Shown here piece after piece: positions 27,780 through 36,039 of a stretch of 64,000 nucleotides of DNA (position 1 is its first letter; every line of letters begins with the position of its first letter). Position numbers and translations under genes: made by a program. Origin of the DNA: an uncultured virus (IMG/VR IMGVR_UViG_3300042691_011955) (taxonomy: Duplodnaviria; Heunggongvirae; Uroviricota; Caudoviricetes). Under the pieces are notes generated by a model. The model worked only from the letters and a program-made list of their open reading frames with translations, had not been told where the DNA came from and searched no databases. The stretch is from IMG/VR virus record IMGVR_UViG_3300042691_011955, one strand, 5' to 3'.

Positions 27780-28028
27780 CGTTTCGCACAGAAACTGAGA
27801 TAGTAGAACCAAAGTATGTCACAAGCTGAAATGGTTCCGCGGGTCTTGGCCAATGAGAAACCCGTATTTTCGGGACGCCAAGGGTCGCCAAAGGCACACA
27901 AGTTATGAGATTGTGCGTCCAATGGAGACAACTACACGAAAGTAGGGTTCTTTCAGAGCCTCGTGAAGTTAACTCCCTTTATGTAATGTGATATGAATTT
28001 TGTATCACACCAAGTCAAAGGAGGACTT
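27780..28028 (+). ncRNA. candidate structured RNA leader
   Basis: GC-richer intergenic region with at least six hairpins/helices and a possible anti-SD; boundaries approximate. Confidence 0.5.
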
Positions 28029-28601
28029 ATGGAAAAGACAATCAGGGCATTAGCCCTTGCAGTAGGTTTGTTGTTTGCAGTAGTTATTCTGCAACACATC
28101 ACAAGCAATAAGTTTCAAGCTCTCAAAATGTCAGCGGGAGTAAGTTTCCCAGATGTTGTAACAATTAAGACTAGAGAAAAAGAACTCGAATGTTTAGCAC
28201 TTAACATTTATCGAGAAGCAGGTTATGAGCCTTTTGAAGGAAAGGTAGCCGTAGCACAAGTTACCCTAAACCGTGTTGCGCACCCAGCGTTTCCAAAAGA
28301 CGTTTGCGGTGTAGTTTATCAAAAGACTACAACAATAAGAACCATATGCCAGTTCTCATGGTATTGTGATTCAACACATCGTAACAGACCAATAAACTCA
28401 GAAGCTTACAAAGAAAGCTATGCTGTAGCCAAAAAAGTATTATTGGAAAATTTTAAACTTGACGTATTAAAAACAGCCCTGTATTATCATGCAGATTATG
28501 TTAACCCACAATGGAAGTTAGAAAAAATTGGAAAAATTGGAACTCACATCTTTTATAACGAAAAACCTAGAACGATTGAAAGAATATATGCAAAATTTTA
28601 A
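28029..28601 (+). CDS. SleB/Hydrolase_2 family cell-wall hydrolase with N-terminal membrane anchor
   Basis: CLALNIYREA, AVAQVTLNRV, CQFSWYC, ALYYHADYV, IGTHIFY; start after AAGGAGG. Confidence 0.92.
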   Translation: MEKTIRALALAVGLLFAVVILQHITSNKFQALKMSAGVSFPDVVTIKTREKELECLALNIYREAGYEPFEGKVAVAQVTLNRVAHPAFPKDVCGVVYQKTTTIRTICQFSWYCDSTHRNRPINSEAYKESYAVAKKVLLENFKLDVLKTALYYHADYVNPQWKLEKIGKIGTHIFYNEKPRTIERIYAKF

Positions 28602-28893
28602 TATTGAACAATTTAAAGAAACAATCTCTGCTTCAATCTCTAAAGTATCAGCAGAAACTTTTGGGTGGCTAGGTATTGTAATATTACATGCTTCAACTAT
28701 TCCTAGTTTACTGGCTGTGATGAGTGGATTAACAGACAGTTTACCACCTGTGGATCTAGTACTGTTAGTTTGGACTGGATTGGTACTGATGTTTATTAAA
28801 GCCGCAGTACAGAAAGACATGTTAAATTTAGTCACTATTGGTATTGGATTTATTGTCCAAGCTATGATGATGGCTTTAATATTCTTTAAGTAA
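28588..28893 (+). CDS. small multi-pass membrane protein (holin candidate)
   Basis: three hydrophobic segments; overlaps the hydrolase stop. Confidence 0.55.
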   Translation: MQNFNIEQFKETISASISKVSAETFGWLGIVILHASTIPSLLAVMSGLTDSLPPVDLVLLVWTGLVLMFIKAAVQKDMLNLVTIGIGFIVQAMMMALIFFK

Positions 28894-28910
28894 TTTGGTA
28901 AAATTCAATC

Positions 28911-28939
28911 TTGACAGGACCTACGGGTCCTGTTATACT
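28911..28939 (+). promoter_or_regulatory. sigma70-type promoter whose spacer is a perfect hairpin
   Basis: TTGACA-N17-TATACT; ACAGGACC-TACG-GGTCCTGT at 28914-28933. Confidence 0.75.
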
Positions 28940-28971
28940 ATAGACTGTATTAACAACCCACAGAGGCACAC

Positions 28972-29448
28972 ATGAAAAAGGCATTTTTAGTTTTACCAAT
29001 TATTGCAGTTCTTTCTGCTTGTTCTTCAATGAAGGACGTTCCAGAACGCAAGACTTACGCACAACCAACCTGGTATCAGGAATGTGTGCAAGAAGGTGTT
29101 AAGGGTTGGTTCTGGTGGAAAGAGGATTATGTTTATGCTTGCGGTGCAGGCGAGTCAAAATACTCTCAAGCATCTGAAGAACAAATGGATGCAATCGCTA
29201 TGAATAACTTTGCCAAACGTATCAATGGTTCTGTTAATTCAGAAACTGTGATTGATATCAAAGACGATGTAAAGACTACTCGTACTATGATTTCTTACAA
29301 GGTTACTGACACAGCAATTCGCAGGCATGTAAAAAGCGAAAAAGGTCATTTTACAATGAACGGTCGTCACTATACATTTGTTCGACTTGAAATGAAAAAG
29401 AACGTATTCGATCAACTCATAGCTGAAGCTAGTGCTAGGAAGCAGTAA
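28972..29448 (+). CDS. lipoprotein (LPP20-like)
   Basis: lipobox LSAC; QPTWY. Confidence 0.75.
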   Translation: MKKAFLVLPIIAVLSACSSMKDVPERKTYAQPTWYQECVQEGVKGWFWWKEDYVYACGAGESKYSQASEEQMDAIAMNNFAKRINGSVNSETVIDIKDDVKTTRTMISYKVTDTAIRRHVKSEKGHFTMNGRHYTFVRLEMKKNVFDQLIAEASARKQ

Positions 29449-29756
29449 TGAAAACTCTAGTCCTACTAGGAGCAATTGTAATACTATCTGGCTGCTCCTC
29501 AGCAACCAAAGTTGCTGATCAAGGACCTCAGTACTGTTATACTACTCAGAACATTCAAACAAAGAATGGTGAGCGAGTAGAAAGCCAGACACAGGTCGAA
29601 TGTTCTGACAAGCCAGGGCATTGGCGTAAACAAGCAGGTGTTGCAAAACAATGCCGCCCTTACCAAACTGTAGTTAACATTAAAGGACGAGATAAAAATG
29701 TTCAAGGCATCCTTTGCCAACATCCGGATGGTTCTTGGCATCCTGAGTTTAATTAG
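29448..29756 (+). CDS. lipoprotein
   Basis: lipobox LSGC; CRPY...GILCQHPDGSW. Confidence 0.75.
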   Translation: MKTLVLLGAIVILSGCSSATKVADQGPQYCYTTQNIQTKNGERVESQTQVECSDKPGHWRKQAGVAKQCRPYQTVVNIKGRDKNVQGILCQHPDGSWHPEFN

Positions 29757-30120
29757 TTTAACAGCCTGTTCATCAACTCCGTATTACGGAGATGTTAGTA
29801 CAGCTCGGACTTATTCAAATCCAGGAAGCTCTATTAACATTCTTTATAACTGGGGCAAGTACACAGCTTATTCTGTCCCAACAGAAGATCGAGCAGAACA
29901 TGAACGTTGCGTATATTTCGCACTTGATGAAATTTCTGTGGGCGAATCTTGCAAATGGTTTAGCAAGACTAGTTCGGCAAGAGGTGAAGTTCGAGTATCC
30001 ATTATAAAACCAAACACATGTACAGTATTACATTCTACTATCTGGTACAAAGGCAATCCAAAAAGTTTTAGAGAAGAGGCCTGCCTACAAGGTAAGACTT
30101 GGAAATTCGTGCATGGATAA
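29698..30120 (+). CDS. lipoprotein (start uncertain)
   Basis: lipobox LTAC; C-terminal EEACLQGKTW similar in style to the previous ORF. Confidence 0.7.
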   Translation: MFKASFANIRMVLGILSLISLTACSSTPYYGDVSTARTYSNPGSSINILYNWGKYTAYSVPTEDRAEHERCVYFALDEISVGESCKWFSKTSSARGEVRVSIIKPNTCTVLHSTIWYKGNPKSFREEACLQGKTWKFVHG

Positions 30121-30136
30121 GCGATAAATACTACTT

Positions 30137-31555
30137 ATGATATTTGCTATCTTACTTGCACTATCCGGCCTAACTCTATCAGCAGTGGCCATATACTACA
30201 GCGTTATAGGTCTTACCGCAGTATTTGCCGCGGCATTTTGGCCCATTGTTGTTATGGGCACTACATTAGAAATATCTAAGTTAGTTGCCGCAAGTTGGCT
30301 CAAAGCATATTGGACTAAGATACCTTTAGGAATGAAAGTGTACATGAGTGCCGCAGTAATAGTACTCATGGTCATTACTAGCATGGGAATATTTGGTTTC
30401 TTAAGCAAAGCACATTTGGATCAAAATATTGTAAGTGGCGATGTCCAAAGCAAGATAGCTATTTACGATGAAAAAATCAAAACGGCAAAGGACAATATAG
30501 ATGCGAACCGGAAGGCGCTTAGACAGATGGATGAAGCTGTGGACCAAGTTATGGGTCGAAGCAATGATGAAAAAGGTGCCGACAAAGCTGTTGCAATCCG
30601 AAGAGCACAACAAAAAGAACGTGTCCGCCTTCAATCTGAGATTGCGGCCGAACAGAAAACTATTGCCGCCCTTAGCGAAGAAAGAGCGCCTATTGCTGCC
30701 GAGGTACGCAAAGTTGAAGCAGAAGTAGGCCCAATCAAATACATAGCGGCCCTACTGTACGGAGATAATCCTGATGCTAATTTGCTAGAACGTGCAGTAA
30801 CATGGGTTATTATAATAATTGTATTTGTGTTTGACCCACTGGCAATATTAATGTTATTAGGCGCACAGATGACTTGGCAGTGGTATAGAGAAAATAAAGA
30901 TAAGTTAAGAGATGAATATGATTTCTCAGACGGTATCAGAGGGCCGATACTAAAAGAAGATGAAGAGCTTCCTACTGTTACAGAACCTATAGTTTCTCAG
31001 CCTGACATAGAAGAAGGCAATCGATTAATAGCAGAGATTGAAAAAGAAGAACTAGAATTTATTGATTTTGACAAGCAAGAATCTGAACCAAAAGTAGAAA
31101 CAATAACTAAGATAGAACAAGAAGAAACTAAAGAAGATCCTCAACCTAAGGTTGAAGCTACCAATGTAGATCAGCCTGAAGATCTGTCTAAAAAAAAACT
31201 TATAGAATCATCGGAAGAATTTCGCCTAACTAAAGAGCAGTTAGATGCTTTAGATAATTTAGAAGAATGGAATCAAGCCAAGCATGATTGGAAAGAAGAT
31301 AATCCAAATCTAAGTCTTAAATTTTTTAAACAACTTTATCTCGATGGCAAGATAAACAAACTTCCCTGGGAAGATTATGTAGGTAGAGCACAAGCTAAAA
31401 AAACCTATATGATGAAGGATAAAGATCAGCAAGTGACTTTGGAAACAGTTGAATCAAACGATGTTGAGCAAAATCCTACTGTGGGATACATACAGAATGA
31501 AGAACAAAAAAAACAAACAGCAATCTGGAAAAGCATAAGATCCAAAGATGAGTGA
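30137..31555 (+). CDS. membrane protein with coiled coil and acidic tail
   Basis: several N-terminal TM helices, coiled coil, TM FVFDPLAI, E-rich C-terminus. Confidence 0.75.
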   Translation: MIFAILLALSGLTLSAVAIYYSVIGLTAVFAAAFWPIVVMGTTLEISKLVAASWLKAYWTKIPLGMKVYMSAAVIVLMVITSMGIFGFLSKAHLDQNIVSGDVQSKIAIYDEKIKTAKDNIDANRKALRQMDEAVDQVMGRSNDEKGADKAVAIRRAQQKERVRLQSEIAAEQKTIAALSEERAPIAAEVRKVEAEVGPIKYIAALLYGDNPDANLLERAVTWVIIIIVFVFDPLAILMLLGAQMTWQWYRENKDKLRDEYDFSDGIRGPILKEDEELPTVTEPIVSQPDIEEGNRLIAEIEKEELEFIDFDKQESEPKVETITKIEQEETKEDPQPKVEATNVDQPEDLSKKKLIESSEEFRLTKEQLDALDNLEEWNQAKHDWKEDNPNLSLKFFKQLYLDGKINKLPWEDYVGRAQAKKTYMMKDKDQQVTLETVESNDVEQNPTVGYIQNEEQKKQTAIWKSIRSKDE

Positions 31556-31925
31556 TATTACTTTAGTTACACCACCAGACAAATACTACAGCCAGGAATA
31601 TAGTTTTTTGCTAGTATACCCTAGTGCAGTAATCAAATCTCAGTTCCAAGACCTAATAGAAAGTTTTGATAAACCCGTTATAGTTTACCTTTACGAAAAA
31701 GAAGACGATCACGAACCTGAATGGTTATTTGATTGTTTTTACAAAGCAGACTGTGTCATATTAGACATTGACAATTGCGATACAAAGATTAGAGATCTAG
31801 TAGCTTACTTTATAGCCAAAGATAAAACCTATTGGTTGACAAATGGTAGCGATAACTTATATAATATAATCAGTAAGAATAGAATTTTTAATCTAGACTT
31901 TTTATCTGGTAAATTAGGAGATTAG
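31548..31925 (+). CDS. hypothetical protein
   Basis: 125-aa ORF. Confidence 0.7.
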   Translation: MSDITLVTPPDKYYSQEYSFLLVYPSAVIKSQFQDLIESFDKPVIVYLYEKEDDHEPEWLFDCFYKADCVILDIDNCDTKIRDLVAYFIAKDKTYWLTNGSDNLYNIISKNRIFNLDFLSGKLGD

Positions 31926-31926
31926 T

Positions 31927-32166
31927 TTGAGGTATCAAAAATCAGAACTTAAAGGACTTCGAGTTGAAGTTCGTAATGATGATGTTAACGGAGCTCTACG
32001 AAGGTTCAAAAGGAAAGTAGAAGACAGCGGTCTCTTGCAAGATCTTAGAGATAAAGAGTTCTACGAAAAACCAACTACAGCTAGAAAAAAAGCAAAAGCG
32101 GCGGCAAGATCGCGCTGGCTTAAAAAACTATCACAAGATCCTTTTAATATAAAGCCAAGAAAGTAA
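31927..32166 (+). CDS. rpsU: ribosomal protein bS21
   Basis: VEVRNDDVNGALRRFKRKVEDSGLLQDLRDKEFYEKPTTARK; TTG start after AGGAG. Confidence 0.92.
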   Translation: MRYQKSELKGLRVEVRNDDVNGALRRFKRKVEDSGLLQDLRDKEFYEKPTTARKKAKAAARSRWLKKLSQDPFNIKPRK

Positions 32167-32169
32167 CAT

Positions 32170-32748
32170 ATGGCAATGCACACAGAATTGTGGTTTCCTA
32201 GTGTCATATGGTCGTCTATGACACACTTTGGTAACAACGCTGAATTAAAACGGTTTGCGTATGAAAGACAAAAAACTGATCCAGGTAGAGTTATTAGCAA
32301 CTTTGGGGGTTATCAAAGTAGCGATATTAAATCAGGTGATAACGCTGATGTTGATGCGCTAGTAGAAGCTATTGGATTAGAAATTTCAGGATGTGCAAGA
32401 CAAGTTGGTCTGCCGCAATTAGAATTATATAATATATGGATTAATATTAATCCACCAAATGCCTACAATCATCTCCACAATCATACTAATAGCGTATTAA
32501 GTGGAGTTTACTATGTTGATGCTCAAGAGGGACAAGGTAATATTCAGTTTGAACGATCAGACAACGGCGAATACCATATTCCTACTCAAGTAGAAAAAGG
32601 AACCTATTACACAAGTACTAGGGCTACCTATGCCTCTAAATCAGGTGCTCTGTATATATTTCCAGGTTGGCTCAAACACAGCGTACAGAGTAATAAATCA
32701 AACTCAGATAGAATCAGTATATCATTTAACTACGGCGAAAAACAATGA
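32170..32748 (+). CDS. 2OG-Fe(II) oxygenase-like protein (TIGR02466-type)
   Basis: [32 protein letters not shown]. Confidence 0.88.
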   Translation: MAMHTELWFPSVIWSSMTHFGNNAELKRFAYERQKTDPGRVISNFGGYQSSDIKSGDNADVDALVEAIGLEISGCARQVGLPQLELYNIWININPPNAYNHLHNHTNSVLSGVYYVDAQEGQGNIQFERSDNGEYHIPTQVEKGTYYTSTRATYASKSGALYIFPGWLKHSVQSNKSNSDRISISFNYGEKQ

Positions 32749-33911
32749 GAATTGAACAAGATATAAAGTTAGACTACAAAGATGTGTTAATTCGTCCTAA
32801 GCGTAGTACATTAGGCTCTCGGCAGGAAGTAGACTTATTCCGTAAGTTTAAATTTAGAAATTACAGTCCTGCTTTTGAGCACGAAAATTGGGAAGAATAT
32901 CAATACACTGGTGTTCCAATCATGGCTGCTAATATGGACGGAGTTGGTACGTTTGCTATGGCAGACATTCTTGCACATGAAGGCATGTTTACATGTCTAG
33001 TTAAGACATATAGTGCAGAAGAATTAATTGACTTCTTTAATGCAGATGAATATTATAGAACTCATCGAGTAGCATACTCAATGGGAATTACACAAGCTGA
33101 CTACGATAAGTTTGCTAATGTGTACAGCGAAACACTAACAAACATTAAATACGTTTGTGTGGATGTTGCTAACGGCTATTCCGAGCGGTTTGCAACTTTT
33201 ATTAGAAAGCTTCGTGAAGCATATCCAGAAATCGTAATCATTGCTGGCAATGTAGTGACAGGCGAAATGACTGAGGAGTTAATTTTAAGTGGAGCAGATA
33301 TTATTAAAGTGGGCATTGGTCCTGGGAGCGTTTGCACAACTCGTATTCAAACTGGCGTTGGCTATCCTCAGCTTAGTGCTGTTATGGAGTGTGCTGATGC
33401 TGCTCATGGTTTGGGGGGACATATTATTGCAGACGGGGGTTGTACCTGTCCAGGAGATGTCGCCAAGGCATTTGCCGCAGGAGCGGATTTTGTTATGCTC
33501 GGAGGGATGCTGGCTGGACACGATGAAGGCGGCGGAGAAGTCATTACAAGACTCTACGAAACTAACGAGTTACAGGCCCGACAGCGTATCCTAGAAGACG
33601 GGCAGTCAGAGTGGACATGGACTGGCTGCAAAATAGAAGAAAAGAAATTTGTAGAATTTTATGGTATGAGTTCTGAAGCAGCCAACCTAAAACATTTTGG
33701 TGGTTTAAAAGAATACCGTAGCGCCGAAGGGCGAGAAGTTTTAGTACCTTATAAAGGTAAGGTACTAAATACTGTACAGGACATACTAGGCGGTTTGCGT
33801 AGTACCTGTACGTATGCAGGCGCTAAGACGCTAAAGCAACTTAGCAAATGCACAACCTTTGTTCGTGTAACTCAGCAATTTAATGCTGTTTATGCAAGCA
33901 ATGGTAAATAA
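32745..33911 (+). CDS. guaC: GMP reductase
   Basis: [48 protein letters not shown]. Confidence 0.95.
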   Translation: MRIEQDIKLDYKDVLIRPKRSTLGSRQEVDLFRKFKFRNYSPAFEHENWEEYQYTGVPIMAANMDGVGTFAMADILAHEGMFTCLVKTYSAEELIDFFNADEYYRTHRVAYSMGITQADYDKFANVYSETLTNIKYVCVDVANGYSERFATFIRKLREAYPEIVIIAGNVVTGEMTEELILSGADIIKVGIGPGSVCTTRIQTGVGYPQLSAVMECADAAHGLGGHIIADGGCTCPGDVAKAFAAGADFVMLGGMLAGHDEGGGEVITRLYETNELQARQRILEDGQSEWTWTGCKIEEKKFVEFYGMSSEAANLKHFGGLKEYRSAEGREVLVPYKGKVLNTVQDILGGLRSTCTYAGAKTLKQLSKCTTFVRVTQQFNAVYASNGK

Positions 33912-33913
33912 AC

Positions 33914-33969
33914 TTGAGCGCCGATAATCGGGCTCAATATTAAATCTTGCTTATTATAAGGAGAAAATT
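33914..33969 (+). promoter_or_regulatory. ROSE-like RNA thermometer in hsp20 5' UTR
   Basis: 5' hairpin TTGAGC..GCTCAA, then TCTTGCTT (33945-33952) pairing with SD AAGGAGA (33958-33964) with a bulged G. Confidence 0.65.
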
Positions 33970-34434
33970 ATGACAAGACTTACAACTCTAGACTTACCCT
34001 CATTTCACAGAGCTACTATCGGATTCGATAGAATGTTCAATGAGTTAGAAAGACAATTTGCTAACTCAGCATCGCAGGGATATCCTCCATACAACATTGC
34101 ACAACTAAGCGAAGACGACTATACAATTAGTATCGCAGTCGCTGGGTTCAGTATGGATGACTTGGAAATTACCAAGGACAAAAATATCCTACGCATTGAG
34201 GGGACCTCTCCGAAGGGAGATGACACAGTAAATTATCTACACAAAGGAATTGGTGCTCGCAATTTCCGTAGAGAATTTACTCTTGCTGACCATGTTGAAG
34301 TAGAAGGTGCTACACTAGAACTAGGCATGCTCAACATTAGTTTGAAGCGTGAAGTTCCAGAAGCACTACAACCTAAGAAGATTGCTATTCAAGCACCTTC
34401 TAAAGTTGAAGCACTAACTATAGACAGCGAGTAA
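33970..34434 (+). CDS. hsp20: small heat-shock protein (IbpA/Hsp20)
   Basis: IGFDRMF, YPPYNI, AVAGF, YLHKGIGARNFRREF. Confidence 0.96.
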   Translation: MTRLTTLDLPSFHRATIGFDRMFNELERQFANSASQGYPPYNIAQLSEDDYTISIAVAGFSMDDLEITKDKNILRIEGTSPKGDDTVNYLHKGIGARNFRREFTLADHVEVEGATLELGMLNISLKREVPEALQPKKIAIQAPSKVEALTIDSE

Positions 34435-34483
34435 CAGTCTAGGGGGAGTTAACCCTCCCCCTATTTTAACCTAGGAGACATAA

Positions 34484-34789
34484 ATGAGTACTTTAGCAGA
34501 TATCCAAATTGACGAAAAAATTAAACAGATCACTCAAGAGCCGGCCAAATACAAAGTTATTTTTATTAACGATGATGTTACCCCAATTGAATGGGTAATA
34601 GAAGTTTTAGTGAAAACTTTTAAACATAGCCAAACTAGTGCAGAAGCACTTACACTTCAAATTCACAGCGAAGGTAGTGCAGTAGTTGGTATATACTCAT
34701 ACGAAATTGCAGAACAAAAAAGTGTAGAAACTACTGTAGCTTCAAGAGACAAGGGATTTCCCTTGCAGATTAGGTTAGAAAAAGAATGA
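34484..34789 (+). CDS. clpS: N-degron adaptor ClpS
   Basis: YKVIFINDDVTPIEWVIEVL, IHSEGSAVVG, EIAEQK, GFPL. Confidence 0.93.
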   Translation: MSTLADIQIDEKIKQITQEPAKYKVIFINDDVTPIEWVIEVLVKTFKHSQTSAEALTLQIHSEGSAVVGIYSYEIAEQKSVETTVASRDKGFPLQIRLEKE

Positions 34790-35358
34790 GCAATTTAAAA
34801 GAACTTACAAAAGAACAACATACAAATGCTGAACGCCAAGCATTTGTAAAAGTTATCGTAAGCGGTAAAATTAATCCCGAACTATATGCCACATACTTGT
34901 GGAATCAACATAAAAAATATGATCTATTAGAAGCACTTGCAGGCGCACAAGGCCTACTCAGTGATTTACCAGATATCAGACGTAAACTGAAAATTGAAGA
35001 AGATTTTGCAGAACTTTGGACAAAAGATGTTCAGCCAGTTATAGTACCTAGTACTATAGAATACATCAATCACATGCGAAACATAATGATTGATGCTGAC
35101 GCACTTATGGCACATATCTATGTACTACACATGGGAGATTTAAGCGGCGGCCAAATGATTGCAAAGATGGTTCCTGGTCAAGGTCGAATGTATCAGTTCA
35201 ATACAGACAAAGATAAGCTCAAAGAACTAATTAGAGCTAAGACAAAAGACAGCATGGCCGAAGAAGCAAAGTATGTATTTGAGTCAAGCACTAAATTATT
35301 TCAAGAACTAATGGAGTTAGACATTGAGCATTATTTGGAATCATCTGATCAAGTGTAA
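34786..35358 (+). CDS. hemO: heme oxygenase
   Basis: LKELTKEQHTNAE proximal His; AHIYVLHMGDLSGGQMI. Confidence 0.92.
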   Translation: MSNLKELTKEQHTNAERQAFVKVIVSGKINPELYATYLWNQHKKYDLLEALAGAQGLLSDLPDIRRKLKIEEDFAELWTKDVQPVIVPSTIEYINHMRNIMIDADALMAHIYVLHMGDLSGGQMIAKMVPGQGRMYQFNTDKDKLKELIRAKTKDSMAEEAKYVFESSTKLFQELMELDIEHYLESSDQV

Positions 35359-36019
35359 AGACGACATCATAGCAGTTTTTGACCAACAGGCTAATGAAGT
35401 ACACGAAGATGGAATGGAACACTTTAATCAACCCGATTCAGGATGGATTAATAGGGTATGGTCTAATCAGTATGTACGCAGAGCTCACATAGATGTAGTT
35501 GATGCTAGAGTCACTAAAGGTCTATGGATGATGCATGTATGCGTGTTTCCAGAACTAACCAACGGTGGACCTATATACGGCTTTGATGTTATTGCCGGCA
35601 AAAATAAGATGACTGGAGCATTCCACGATTTTAGTCCGTCAAGCGGTGGTGCAGATCATCCTATGATATTAGGCTACAAAGATAGTGTAGAAAATTTTAT
35701 TCCAAAAAAACAAAGAGAGTTGCCTCAGTGGGCTAAGAATATCTTTACAGACAAAATGTTAGCTGCCGGCAACGTAAACACCGAAGAAGAAGCAGTTGCA
35801 ATTATAAACATAGCACTTAACAATCTTCATGCATATTTTGATGAAATCAGCGGATTCCAAAATACATGCGGTGTTGATGAAACCATCAAAGCACAGAATT
35901 GGTACTGTCACAATCAGCGACAGAATCCCCATACTCCTAACGTAATGAAAAGTTTAGGTTTAAATGAAGCAGACGTTGATAAGTTTTGCACAGACATGCT
36001 GTTCCCTAACATCGTATAA
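35324..36019 (+). CDS. ferredoxin-dependent bilin reductase (PcyX/PcyA-like)
   Basis: RRAHIDVVD, MMHVCVFP, PIYGFDVIAG, AFHDFSP, LPQWAKNIF, QNWYCHNQRQNPHT; adjacent to heme oxygenase. Confidence 0.88.
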   Translation: MSIIWNHLIKCKDDIIAVFDQQANEVHEDGMEHFNQPDSGWINRVWSNQYVRRAHIDVVDARVTKGLWMMHVCVFPELTNGGPIYGFDVIAGKNKMTGAFHDFSPSSGGADHPMILGYKDSVENFIPKKQRELPQWAKNIFTDKMLAAGNVNTEEEAVAIINIALNNLHAYFDEISGFQNTCGVDETIKAQNWYCHNQRQNPHTPNVMKSLGLNEADVDKFCTDMLFPNIV

Positions 36020-36039
36020 ATATACAATAAGGATTTATT

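Noticed and set aside
27746..27931. 61-aa minus-strand ORF in the hydrolase leader
   Set aside because: No SD or recognisable protein features; region is better explained as structured RNA
27920..27980. c-di-AMP (ydaO) riboswitch call from GTAGGG...GTTAACTC similarity and a cell-wall hydrolase downstream
   Set aside because: The conserved 5' half and pseudo-symmetric motifs could not be matched by eye; kept only as an unassigned structured leader
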